Assembly (NCBI GenBank): GCA_965116195.1
Contig: OZ220491.1
Span: forward strand, 3,005,432 to 3,069,431
Length of the DNA stretch: 64,000 bases
Source: Acidimicrobiales bacterium
GTDB taxonomy: Bacteria; Actinomycetota; Acidimicrobiia; Acidimicrobiales; Aldehydirespiratoraceae
Direction of reading: 5' to 3'
Part shown: in pieces, positions 28,554 through 37,800 of the stretch
Layout: the number at the start of each line of letters is the position of its first letter
Numbering within the stretch: position 1 is the first letter of the stretch
Translations under genes and position numbers: made by a program
Notes under the pieces: model-generated
What the model saw: the letters and a program-made list of their open reading frames with translations, nothing else
What the model was told of the DNA's origin: nothing
Database searches by the model: none

Positions 28554-28633
28554 GTTGAGGCTGCGGTGTGTTGAGGCTGTGGTTTGTTGATGCTGCGGTG
28601 TGTTGATGCCGCGGTGTGTTGCCGCTGTTGTTG
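28554..28633. repeat. Five tandem 16-bp repeats (gttgaggctgcggtgt)
   Basis: Copies at 28554, 28570, 28586, 28602 and 28618, upstream of the amidohydrolase start. Confidence 0.85.
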
Positions 28634-28680
28634 TCGGGCAGATGATCGGCGGCTTGTGGGCGGCGGCTTGTTTCGGCTCA

Positions 28681-29124
28681 TCAGCCTGCGAACACCGTCT
28701 CGGTTGTGAACGACACGCCTTGGTCAAGCGTCTTGTGTACGGGGCAGCGCCGGGCAATCTCGCCGAGGCGAGTCCGTTGGTCATCGTCGAAGTCCCCTTC
28801 GATGAAGATCTGGCTGCGTACCCGATCTATGTAGCCCGTGGTTTCGTTCTCGCAGTCGTCGCAGTCCCGGGAATGGACACGGTCATGTTCGTAGCGGGCT
28901 GACACCGAGTGCAGGCTCCAACCCTTGCGGCGGCAGAACGACGACACGGTGATGCAGGTACAGGCCGCCACCGACGAAAGCAGCAACTCATAGGGGTTGG
29001 GCCCGGTGTCAGCGCCACCCACGTCAACAGGTTCGTCGGCGTGCCAGCGATGCGACCCGGCTCGCAACTCCACGGTGAACTCCGCACCTGGCTCCACCTT
29101 GAGATCAGCAGTGATGACTGTCAT
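28681..29124 (-). CDS. OsmC/Ohr-family peroxiredoxin-like protein
   Basis: 147 aa from ATG 29124. Paired Cys contexts SSVAACTCITV and RRCPVHKTL. Confidence 0.8.
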   Translation of the reverse strand: MTVITADLKVEPGAEFTVELRAGSHRWHADEPVDVGGADTGPNPYELLLSSVAACTCITVSSFCRRKGWSLHSVSARYEHDRVHSRDCDDCENETTGYIDRVRSQIFIEGDFDDDQRTRLGEIARRCPVHKTLDQGVSFTTETVFAG

Positions 29125-29153
29125 GCCCCCAGCGTAAAGCGATACTGAGATAC

Positions 29154-29647
29154 ATGAACGCAGCGACAGCAACCTATGAACGTGATGGGCACGTGGCCAC
29201 CATCACCTACAGCCGACCCCAAGCTCACGACGCTGTCAACGGTGCCATGCGGCGTGCGCTTGACACGGCTTGGAAGACCTTCCGGGAAGCCCCTGAAGCT
29301 TGGGTGGCCATCATCACCGGCGCAGGTCAAGCGTTCTGCGCGGGGCTGATCTGAAAGACCCCGAAGGCTCGACAGGCGACTGGCCCGGTTCGTTCTGGGA
29401 GTGGCCCACCATCACCACCTTTGAGTCATGCATGGAGACATGGAAGCCCATCATCGCGGTGGTCAACGGGCCTCAGCTGGCGGTGCGTGCCAGCAAGGAG
29501 GTGGCCAGCCGGGGTCGCAGCCTGCCTTGGACGGAGGCGGTGCGCATGGGCGAGACCATGCGGCGGGTGGTGTCCGACACTCACGACGCTGCTGAGGGTC
29601 GGGCCGCCTGGCACGAACGCCGCCCAACGAACTGGCAAGCCCGCTGA
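29154..29647 (+). pseudogene. Enoyl-CoA hydratase/crotonase pseudogene (1-nt frameshift plus ~90-aa internal deletion)
   Basis: Frame 1 ends at ...ITGAGQAFCAG then a stop. The next frame continues ADLKD...KPIIAVVNGP and then jumps straight to the C-terminal helix region LAVRASKE...AAEGRAAWHERR. Confidence 0.75.
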
Positions 29648-29888
29648 GAATGCCCGAGACTCCACCTACACCACAATGCGCAAGGTGTTTCTGGAGAAGT
29701 GTCACCTGTCTGTGTGCATGGAATGGTCGCCTCCAGCCAGCTGTACGGGGTTTCGGGGGCCTGCTTGGATGCAGTACGCAGGCATCGTAGGTTACGCTGG
29801 GGTAGCGATAAGTGACTGGTCGCAAGATGTCTGCTAGGTTGATGTCATACCTCTGAGGAATCATACGGCACATGACCAAAAACGAGAG

Positions 29889-32441
29889 GTGAGGAATGCA
29901 TCGAATCGGCCAACTGACTATGGAGGCGTGGTGAAGGCGAGAGATTTCGCTACTGGTAAGCCTGTTGGAACAGGCCCAGAGGAGATGGTACGACAGCAGC
30001 AGGAAAAGGTACTACATCGCGATTACGGGTATCCGCTTGGTTGTATGGACATCGAAGTTGCTATTCAGCGAGGGAGCACAGCACGTGAACGCGCCGACCT
30101 TGTCATCTACGCGAGCGAGGACCCCAACAAACGAGACCAAGCTCAGCACATTATGGGCATTTTTGAGTTCAAACGCAAAGAACGGGCGGATGGAATCCAA
30201 CAACTCAAGTCCTACATGACAGCGACTTCCTGCCTTTGGGGCGCTTGGACTAACGGAGATGAGTGGGAGGTGCTTCACAAAGACCCCGCAACCGGGGTGG
30301 TCAGAGACGATGTGATCTTTCAGGTGCCTCGGTTCGGGCAACCGATAGAAGATGTGGGACAGCACACGTTCGCCGATCTCAAGCCGGCCTCAGATCTAAA
30401 GCTAATTTTCCGGCGACTGCTGAACGAGTTGTACACTAACACGAATATTAGCCGTAGGGAAAAGCTAGGCAACGAGATGATAAAGTTACTCTTTTGTAAA
30501 CTGCAAGACGAGCAGTTTGAGATTGGAAGAAACACTCCGCTTTTCCGTACCGACGCTACCGACAATGAAGATGGGTTTGCCGCCCTACGAGACCGCGTCG
30601 ACACACTATTTGAGAAGGTAAAGTCAAAGCTGGCCGGTGAGGGTGTGTTTGAGGAGCATGACAGTCTCATTTTGGAGAACAAGTCTATTGCCTATGTCGT
30701 TGGCGAATTGCAGACCTACTCCTTGACTCAAACCGACGAAGATGTGGTCGGTAACGCCTTCGAGGTGTTCGCGGAGAGCAAGTTCGCTGGCGAGAAAGGT
30801 GAGTTTTTCACCCCTCGCGAGGTAGTTCGTACAGCGATTCATGCTATTGCTCCACAACCTGGGGAAACGATCATTGATCCCGCTTGCGGCAGTGGCGGGT
30901 TTCTAATTTCAGCTTTACATTATATTTGGGAAGCGATGGGAACTGATCCTCGATGGGGCTCTCTAACGGGCGACAAATTTTCTGATGCGAAGCGACAAAT
31001 AGCACAGCAAACAATATACGGTTTAGACAAGGAAGCTGACCTAGTAAGAATTGCGAAAGCCTATATGGCTATCATCGGAGACGGCAAGAGTCGTATTGCT
31101 CAGGCAAATTCACTCCACACAGTCACAGATCTGGAAGGTTCAGCTCGTGATCTGATGATAAACGACAACGATGATGGCTTTCGACAGTTCGATATCGTAC
31201 TGACCAATCCGCCGTTCGGCAGCAAGGATACGAAGGTTTCCAAATCAGACTCCAAGAATTTCGACCTCGGCCACAAATGGGCTAGGGCTAAGAGTGGCGC
31301 TACTTATCAGAGAAAATCGGAGGTTCGAAGTACACCCGCCCAAGAACTATTTATTGAACGGTGTGTCGAACTGTTGAAACCAGGTGGGCGGATGGCTATT
31401 ATTCTGCCTGAAACTTATGCTCATGCCCCTACCAAACAGTACATTCGACAGTATATGATGGATCACTGCATCATAGACGCTGTGATTGATCTTCCCCATA
31501 ACACTTTCCGTCCACATTGCAATGCGAAGACTCTGCTATGGATTCTCACCAAAAAGCGCACCGAGGACAACACCGTCCAACAGAGTGACGTGGTGTTTGC
31601 TGTTGCTGAAGAGATGGGACGTGACCATCACGGTAAACCCAAATATCGTGTTACCGATGGAGTGATTTCAGATGAGGTATGGAATGACCTGCCTCAACTC
31701 CGTGAAGAGTGGGCAGACCCGGCCAAACCTACGAACAAATTCGTCGGACAGTTTGGGGCCGCTGAAATCGAAGACAGCATTTATGTTCCACGATATTATC
31801 TGCGCGGTGACGACACCTCTTTGGAACTTGAAGCCAAAAGATGCGGTTACGAATTGGTTTCAATGGAAGAACTGATTGATGCAGGTGCGCTCACGTATTT
31901 TCGTGGTCACGGCGCACCTCCCAATCAATATAAGGGGCTAGGTCCAGTACCCTACGTGCGTGTCGGCGATATTGGCAATTGGGCAATCTATCGCAACCCT
32001 ACAGCAGGAGTGCCTAGACATGTCTACGAAATGAAATTGAAGAATCAGCATTTACAAGCACAGGATCTTGTGTTCGTTCACGATGGCAGTTATCGGATCG
32101 GCGATGTTGCAATAGTTTTGCCCGGTGATGTGGAAATCTTATTGGACAGCCACTGTCTAGTGTTTCGAGTAGCAAAAAACAAGTGGGATATAGACGGATT
32201 AGAACTGGCATATCTGCTGCGACATGATATGACTCGTCGCCAACTGCCGTCACGCGTCTTTCTCAACACCACACTGCCCGATATCGGCAACAGGTGGCGC
32301 TCCCTACGGTTGCCGATCCTTCGCGACAATGATGAACGTAGACGTATCAGAGCGACCATGCGAAGCATATACAACCGACGCGTGGAAGTCGACAACATGA
32401 TTCATGGCCTGCTTCCTGACGAACATGACTATGACGGATGA
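29889..32441 (+). CDS. Single-polypeptide restriction-modification enzyme candidate (type IIG-like): PD-(D/E)xK HsdR_N-type domain + gamma-class N6-adenine methylase + one HsdS-type TRD (start uncertain)
   Basis: 850 aa in AT-richer DNA. ADLVIY...IFEFKRK gives a D...ExK motif. IIDPACGSGGFLISA is motif I and VLTNPPFGS is motif IV. The C-terminal ~270 aa resemble a specificity subunit half. Confidence 0.7.
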   Translation: MRNASNRPTDYGGVVKARDFATGKPVGTGPEEMVRQQQEKVLHRDYGYPLGCMDIEVAIQRGSTARERADLVIYASEDPNKRDQAQHIMGIFEFKRKERADGIQQLKSYMTATSCLWGAWTNGDEWEVLHKDPATGVVRDDVIFQVPRFGQPIEDVGQHTFADLKPASDLKLIFRRLLNELYTNTNISRREKLGNEMIKLLFCKLQDEQFEIGRNTPLFRTDATDNEDGFAALRDRVDTLFEKVKSKLAGEGVFEEHDSLILENKSIAYVVGELQTYSLTQTDEDVVGNAFEVFAESKFAGEKGEFFTPREVVRTAIHAIAPQPGETIIDPACGSGGFLISALHYIWEAMGTDPRWGSLTGDKFSDAKRQIAQQTIYGLDKEADLVRIAKAYMAIIGDGKSRIAQANSLHTVTDLEGSARDLMINDNDDGFRQFDIVLTNPPFGSKDTKVSKSDSKNFDLGHKWARAKSGATYQRKSEVRSTPAQELFIERCVELLKPGGRMAIILPETYAHAPTKQYIRQYMMDHCIIDAVIDLPHNTFRPHCNAKTLLWILTKKRTEDNTVQQSDVVFAVAEEMGRDHHGKPKYRVTDGVISDEVWNDLPQLREEWADPAKPTNKFVGQFGAAEIEDSIYVPRYYLRGDDTSLELEAKRCGYELVSMEELIDAGALTYFRGHGAPPNQYKGLGPVPYVRVGDIGNWAIYRNPTAGVPRHVYEMKLKNQHLQAQDLVFVHDGSYRIGDVAIVLPGDVEILLDSHCLVFRVAKNKWDIDGLELAYLLRHDMTRRQLPSRVFLNTTLPDIGNRWRSLRLPILRDNDERRRIRATMRSIYNRRVEVDNMIHGLLPDEHDYDG

Positions 32442-32666
32442 CGGAACCATCGTTCTCTGCCGCCGAAGAGTCTCGGTTTAGGAGGTGAATTATGAGGGCA
32501 TGATGGCGATGACTGAGTACCTGTAGTGTCACAGGTGAGGCTGGACGATCGTCTTCGACGGAGGAGTGAGGGTCACAGTTACCGAATTAAGCGCCGGGCT
32601 TCGTTGTAGGTCGAATCGATTGTTTTGTGAGCATGATGGCTGCGAACAACAAGATCGGATTCAGGT

Positions 32667-33143
32667 TTAGTAGTCGAGTTCAAGCCGTTGCGCTTCTGCT
32701 GTGAGTTCGTCAAGTATTGCTTGACGCGCGGAGTCATCTCGACGTTTGTAGTCAGTTAGATCCGTTAGAAGCACTCGACGATGAGTGCCAACCCGTCGGT
32801 GGCGAATTTCGCCTTTCTCCAAGAGATTGACCAAGTAGGGCCGGGACACGTTGAGAAGATCAGCGGCCTGTTGGGTGGTCAATTCGGTATGGATCGGTAC
32901 CACCGTGACAACGTTACCGTTGGCGATATGGGCCAGGATGTCGATAAGCAGGGGAAGCACCTGACTTGGAACTTCGAGTTTGGTGTCAGAGTCGCCGGCG
33001 GTGAGCGACACGAAAGCTGAGTTGATGGTGGGGTCCTGGTGCAGGAACTGGCTCAAACCAGCGACTGCTTCGGCGGCTTGATTGACGGTGTGCTCGTCGG
33101 GCACAGTTAATTGATGGGCGAGAACCTCGGTCGGAATTGCCAT
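32667..33143 (-). CDS. Excisionase-type (HTH_17) DNA-binding protein, antitoxin-like
   Basis: 158 aa. LTTQQAADLLNVSRPYLVNLLEKGEIRHRRVGTHRRV is an MerR/excisionase-type HTH, and the C-terminus is a charged helix. Confidence 0.6.
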   Translation of the reverse strand: MAIPTEVLAHQLTVPDEHTVNQAAEAVAGLSQFLHQDPTINSAFVSLTAGDSDTKLEVPSQVLPLLIDILAHIANGNVVTVVPIHTELTTQQAADLLNVSRPYLVNLLEKGEIRHRRVGTHRRVLLTDLTDYKRRDDSARQAILDELTAEAQRLELDY

Positions 33144-33215
33144 CTCGTCGTCCCTTCTATGAGCGTACCTCTCCAGAATAGGGCGATATTCGAAATATCC
33201 GCAATCCGTTGCTGG

Positions 33216-33636
33216 CTAGCTGGGGGTGGTGGACAGTTCGGCCACAACGTTGTTCAGCAGGCTCGAGGCACCGAAACGGCACAGGTCGGGGGTGAGCCAG
33301 TCCTCACCCAGCACTGACCGTATGATGGCCAGGTACTTGAGGGCTTCCTCGGCGCTGCGTACACCTCCGGCCACCTTGATCCCGAGCGAGGCCTGGGTCG
33401 TTGCTGCTTGGTCGGCTGCCTCGTTGTGAAAACGCAATCGGTTGTGGCGTTCCACCTCGGCGACGTGACGCACCGCGTCGTCAAGCAGGGCAGCAACCCG
33501 TGTGCGGCCCTGCATCTTTGCTGCAAGTAGCGCCGCATCACTGTTCTCAGTCGGGTCGGTATCGGCCAGGGTCACACTCATGGCCTGAATCACACTCACC
33601 GACTGAGTAACAGTCGAAGCCATGGTGCCAGGGTCG
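33216..33636 (-). pseudogene. Partial, internally deleted duplicate of the 3' end of the mutase-DeoC gene
   Basis: 33216-33385 matches 34815-34985, and 33386-33636 matches ~35613-35865 with about 7 mismatches. The segment corresponding to 34986-35612, which holds the DeoC catalytic Lys, is missing. Confidence 0.9.
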
Positions 33637-33639
33637 GCC

Positions 33640-33989
33640 GGCAAGCTCTGTCGGTGGTTGCAATTGTGGTGATTGTGGATGGCTTGTGCGTTTTGCCAGT
33701 TGTGGAGTTTGCGGGGCATGGTGTTGAGGTTGTCTTGGATGACGGCGAGGTGTACGTAACAGGCCCGGTAGATCGTCTCCGCGCACACCCGCTGACCCCA
33801 AATCCGCAGATCAGCCGCTATCGCAGCCGGTGACCACCGCTGCGCGAGCCGTTCCAACACCGCCTCAGCCAACACCACATCCACAACCAACTTGGGTGCT
33901 TTGGGTCTACAAGCCCGAGCATCAGCCGCAGCCTGCTTGTCATAACCCGACACGCTGCCACTGTCACCTGCTGGGGCGACAACTACCAC
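33640..33989 (-). mobile_element. IS30-family transposase remnant (DDE core deleted)
   Basis: RWSPAAIAADL...VCAETIYRACY resembles the IS30 N-terminal region. LNTMPRKLHNWQ resembles the IS30 C-terminal LNxRPRKxLgw motif. There is no catalytic domain between them. Confidence 0.5.
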
Positions 33990-34118
33990 AAACAGATTGA
34001 CGCGCCTTCAGGACAGTTCACCATGATAACCGCAGGGCAACTATACACCTGCGGCCTGCGCACCGACGGCACCGTCACCTGCTGGGGCCAGATCCGGTGG
34101 GGGCAACTAGACTCCTAG
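33945..34118 (+). pseudogene. 3' fragment of an RCC1-repeat protein gene
   Basis: Translation ATVTCWGDNYHKQIDAPSGQFTMITAGQLYTCGLRTDGTVTCWGQIRWGQLDS then a stop. There is no intact 5' part, and it abuts the IS30 remnant. Confidence 0.55.
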
Positions 34119-34129
34119 TCTCACTACGG

Positions 34130-34294
34130 CTATTGGTCTGCTGACGACTGGCTTGGCCCAAACAACACGGCCAGCTTTTCGCGAATTTCCGAGATCTGCT
34201 CTTGATGTGGTTTACGACTGAAGGAATCGTCAAACGAGATCTGGTAGGAATCTGATCCTGATGACGGGTAGACCACCTTCGGACTTTTACTCAT
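34130..34294 (-). CDS. 54-aa hypothetical ORF coupled to the DUF3467-like gene
   Basis: The ATG overlaps the upstream stop (AATGAGTAA). No recognisable motif. Confidence 0.3.
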   Translation of the reverse strand: MSKSPKVVYPSSGSDSYQISFDDSFSRKPHQEQISEIREKLAVLFGPSQSSADQ

Positions 34295-34612
34295 TGCTCT
34301 CTCCTTCGGGCTGACGGGGTATGGCGGTTGGAAAACCGGCGCTGCTCGCAATCTCGGTCCAAGCGTCGTAAGCATCGGTGATCTGTTGAAGCATCAGTCC
34401 CAAAGCTGAGGGGGCCACTTTGACGCGTGCCACAAGTGTCGCCTCAGCAACTCCCTCGCTTGGCTCGCCACCTTGTTGGGTGAGGAAATCAAGGGTGATC
34501 TCGTGCTGGTGAACCAGCAGTGGACATAGTTTGAGTATACCCCACCGACGGCGAGAAGCTGATCAAAAGTTATGTTCAGCTCATGGACCGGTTCGTTGTC
34601 GTCGTCGGACAT
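34287..34612 (-). pseudogene. DUF3467-family gene with a 1-nt frameshift
   Basis: Frame a gives MSDDDNEPVHELNITFDQLLAVGGVYSNYV. Frame b gives PLLVHQHEITLDFLTQQGG...VARVKVAPSALGLMLQQITDAYDAWTE. Joined, they match the GvYANf....H...EFtLDF pattern with correct spacing. Confidence 0.55.
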
Positions 34613-34814
34613 GGCAGTTGATGGTAGCGGTCAAGCATAATTCTGCACACCTCAATGGAACAATCAGCCTGCCACCTGACAAGTCATGGGTCTGTTTCGT
34701 TGCTGCGACGATGCGGACGCTGCGACGACGCAGATCTTCGGATCAGTACCGCAGTGACGGCGATGAGGTCGTGGCGGAGATGGTGGCGTTTGGTGGCTGG
34801 GTGCTCTGGGCTGG

Positions 34815-37800
34815 CTAGTTGGGGGTGGTGGACAGTTCGGCCACAACGTTGTTCAGCAGGCTCGAGGCACCGAAACGGCACAGATCGGGGGTGAGCCAGT
34901 CCTCACCCAGCACTGACCGTATGATGGCCAGGTACTTGAGGGCTTCCTCGGCGCTGCGTACACCTCCGGCCACCTTGATCCCGACCGGATCGCCGCCGCT
35001 GCCACAGTGGTGGGCCACGGTTTTTGCCATCACCAGCACCGCATCAAGTGATGCGCCGGACGCTCCTTTGCCGGTCGAGGTCTTGACCATGTCAGCCCCG
35101 GACTCCATGGCCAGCCTTGTGGCGGCGGCCACGGCATCAGACGAACCAAGCTCGCAGACCTCGAGGATCACCTTCAGGCGGGCTTGACCTGCGGCGCTGC
35201 GCAATGCCCTCAACTCCGCAGCGGCGATGTCCTCGTGCCCTGACAAAAAGGCCGACCGGTTCAGCACGGTGTCTATTTCGTCCGCACCGGCGGCGACCGC
35301 AGCCTGCACCTCGGCAATCCTCACTTCCAGTGGCGAAAGGCCACTCGGAAAAGCACCGGCCACGCTCGCCACCGACACCGCTGTGCCCGCCAGCAACTCG
35401 GATGCCAGAGCTACCAGATCGGGGTGCACGCACACGGCGGCGACCGGCCCCACCGTGGCATCGGCAACATCAGGACGCAGCGCCTGCGCACACAGCGCCC
35501 GGATCCGCCCCGGAGTGTCGTCGCCTTCCAGAGTGGTGAGATCCGTGCAACGAACCACCAGGTGCAACTCGTCGGCTCGTGCCCTGCCCGTTGGTGTGGC
35601 AGTTGCGAGGCGCGAGGCCTGGGTCGTTGCTGCTTGGTCGGCTGCCTCGTTGAGAAAACGAAATCGCTTGTGGCGTTCCACCTCGGCGACGTGACGCACC
35701 GCGTCGTCAAGCAGGGCAGCAACCCGTGTGCGGCCCTGCACCTTTGCTGCAAGTAGCGCCGCATCACTGTCCTCAGTCGGGTCGGCATCGGCCCGGGTCA
35801 CACTCATGGCCTGAATCACACTCACCGACTGAGTAACAGTCGAAGCCATGGTGCCAGGGTCGGCCACGTGGTCGTGAGCCAACACGGTCGTGGTTTTGGA
35901 CACATCGGCGTGCAATACGGTCACGGTGTCAGCCTCGTGTGCATCGGATGATACGGTCACAGTGTCGGTGCCGGTCATCTTGACGGTCGTGGTGTCGTGT
36001 TCGTTCACCCCCACAACTGATTCCGCGTAGACCTTTATCTTGGGCTCTGTGCCGCTGGGCCGCACGATGACCCGGTCTGCGCCGCCGTCCTTTCGCTCGA
36101 GTTCCAGGATCAGCAGATCTGCTGGTGCCAGAACGCTGTTCCCGGCAGGTCCGATGTCACCACCTTCGCCACCACTGCTACCACCACGCCGGCGGTGAGG
36201 CTCAAAGTCCCCGGCAGGTCCGATGTCGCCACCTTCGCCACCTCCGTCTGACAGCTCTTGTGCAATCGTTCCAGCATGCGTTTCATCGGCATCTCCGAGT
36301 GAGAAGTCGCGTATACCTGTTACGGCGGTACCCGCAAGCAGCTCAGGTGGAAACTTGCGCAGAGCCGTCATTGCCTGTTGACGCAGCGACAACTGCTCGG
36401 AGGTTGCCTCAAACCGGATTGAACGTTGCCCCGTGGCATGCACACCGTGACGACGGTAGAGATCGTCAAGCAGATCGTTCACGCGCCGGCCCTCGTCAGC
36501 GCAGCGTGACGCAAGTTCGGCCATCACCAGCGCAGCACTGATGCCGTCCTTGTCCCTCACTGTTTCGCCGACGGCGTAACCCAGTGCGTCCTCGTAGGCA
36601 AATATCAGATCGTGGCTGGCTGTCCGTAGGTCGTGCGCTTGCATGATCCACTTGAATCCGGTGAGCGTCTCGTCCCAGTCGGCACCGTGGTCAGCAGCGA
36701 TCCGGCGAAGCAGACGAGACGAGACAACAGTGTTGATCACCAGAGGGCGACGGCTTGGCTCGGGGTCTGGTTCAGGTGGGTGATGGTTTGGCCGTCGTGG
36801 TGTCTCGCCTCCACAGGTCAGCAGGTCCGGCCCAGGCGATCGGGGGCTTGGCTCGGGGTACGGCCCAGGCGGTCGGCGGTTTGGTTCGGAGTCCGAGTCC
36901 GATTCAAGCTGGTGATGATTTGGCTTTGAGTCTGGTTCGGGCTGGCGGGGGTTTGGTCTGGAGTCCGGCCCAGGGCGTTGTGAATGTTCAAGCGAGTTCT
37001 GTGTCAGCAGGTAGTCGGCCAGCAGACAGCCGGTCTCGTCGCCGGTCAGGAGTTGCCAGGTGCCGTTGGTGGGCACGGCAACGGCGAGTCGGTCTGCGTC
37101 CGGGTCGTGGGCAATCGCCAGATCGGCATTGTTTGCCTTGGCCAAACGCATCAGCAGTTCAAGAACCCCGGCTTCCTCCGGGTTGGGGAAAGGTGCAGTG
37201 GGGAAGTCCGGGTCGGGTTCTGCCTGCTCGGTCACCACCGACGGCTCGACGAACCCGGCACGCCGCAATGCCCTCAGAAAGGTGGTGCCCCCCACGCCAT
37301 GCAGCGGCGTGTATGCGATGCGTGCGGAGCGGGGGCCGTCTGGGTCAAGCAGCCCCACTATGGCATTGATGTAGGCGTTGATGAGTCCGTCGTCAGCGGT
37401 GGCTATCAGCGGATGATCCTGTGGTGCCAGGCTCGACTCGGTCAGCGGCGGGATCCGGTCAATCAACTCGCTGATCTGGGTGTCCGTTGGGGTCGCGAGT
37501 TGCGCACCGCCCTGCCAGTACACCTTGCAGCCGTTGTGATCTCGGGGGTTGTGGCTGGCCGTGATCATCAGCCCGGCCGAGGCCCCCAGGTGCTTGACGG
37601 CGAAGGCCAGAACCGGCGTTGGAAGCGGCTCTGGCAGCATCGTCACCCGAACACCACGGGCCGCAAGCACCCGCGACATGTCTGTGGCGAAATCGCGGCT
37701 GTGGTGCCGGGCATCGTACCCGACAACCACATGAGGCTCCGCCAGCAGCTGCGCCGACTGGCCCGTTTCCGATTTGTGCTGGTCTGTCTGGTCCGTTTCT

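Noticed and set aside
32442-32666. Calling a truncated PIN toxin gene downstream of the HTH antitoxin-like gene
   Set aside because: The short frames show no PIN acidic-residue pattern that I can recognise. This is mentioned only as a hypothesis in the findings.
34394-34396. In-frame TGA between two same-frame ORFs as a selenocysteine codon
   Set aside because: The flanking 'protein' is low-quality in that frame. An alternative frame gives a clean DUF3467-like sequence, so a 1-nt frameshift explains the pattern. No SECIS-like hairpin was seen downstream.
33216-35865. The two near-identical segments as a diversity-generating retroelement template/variable repeat pair
   Set aside because: The ~7 differences are mixed transitions and transversions, not adenine-specific. 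No reverse transcriptase is nearby, and one copy is simply a deleted pseudogene.
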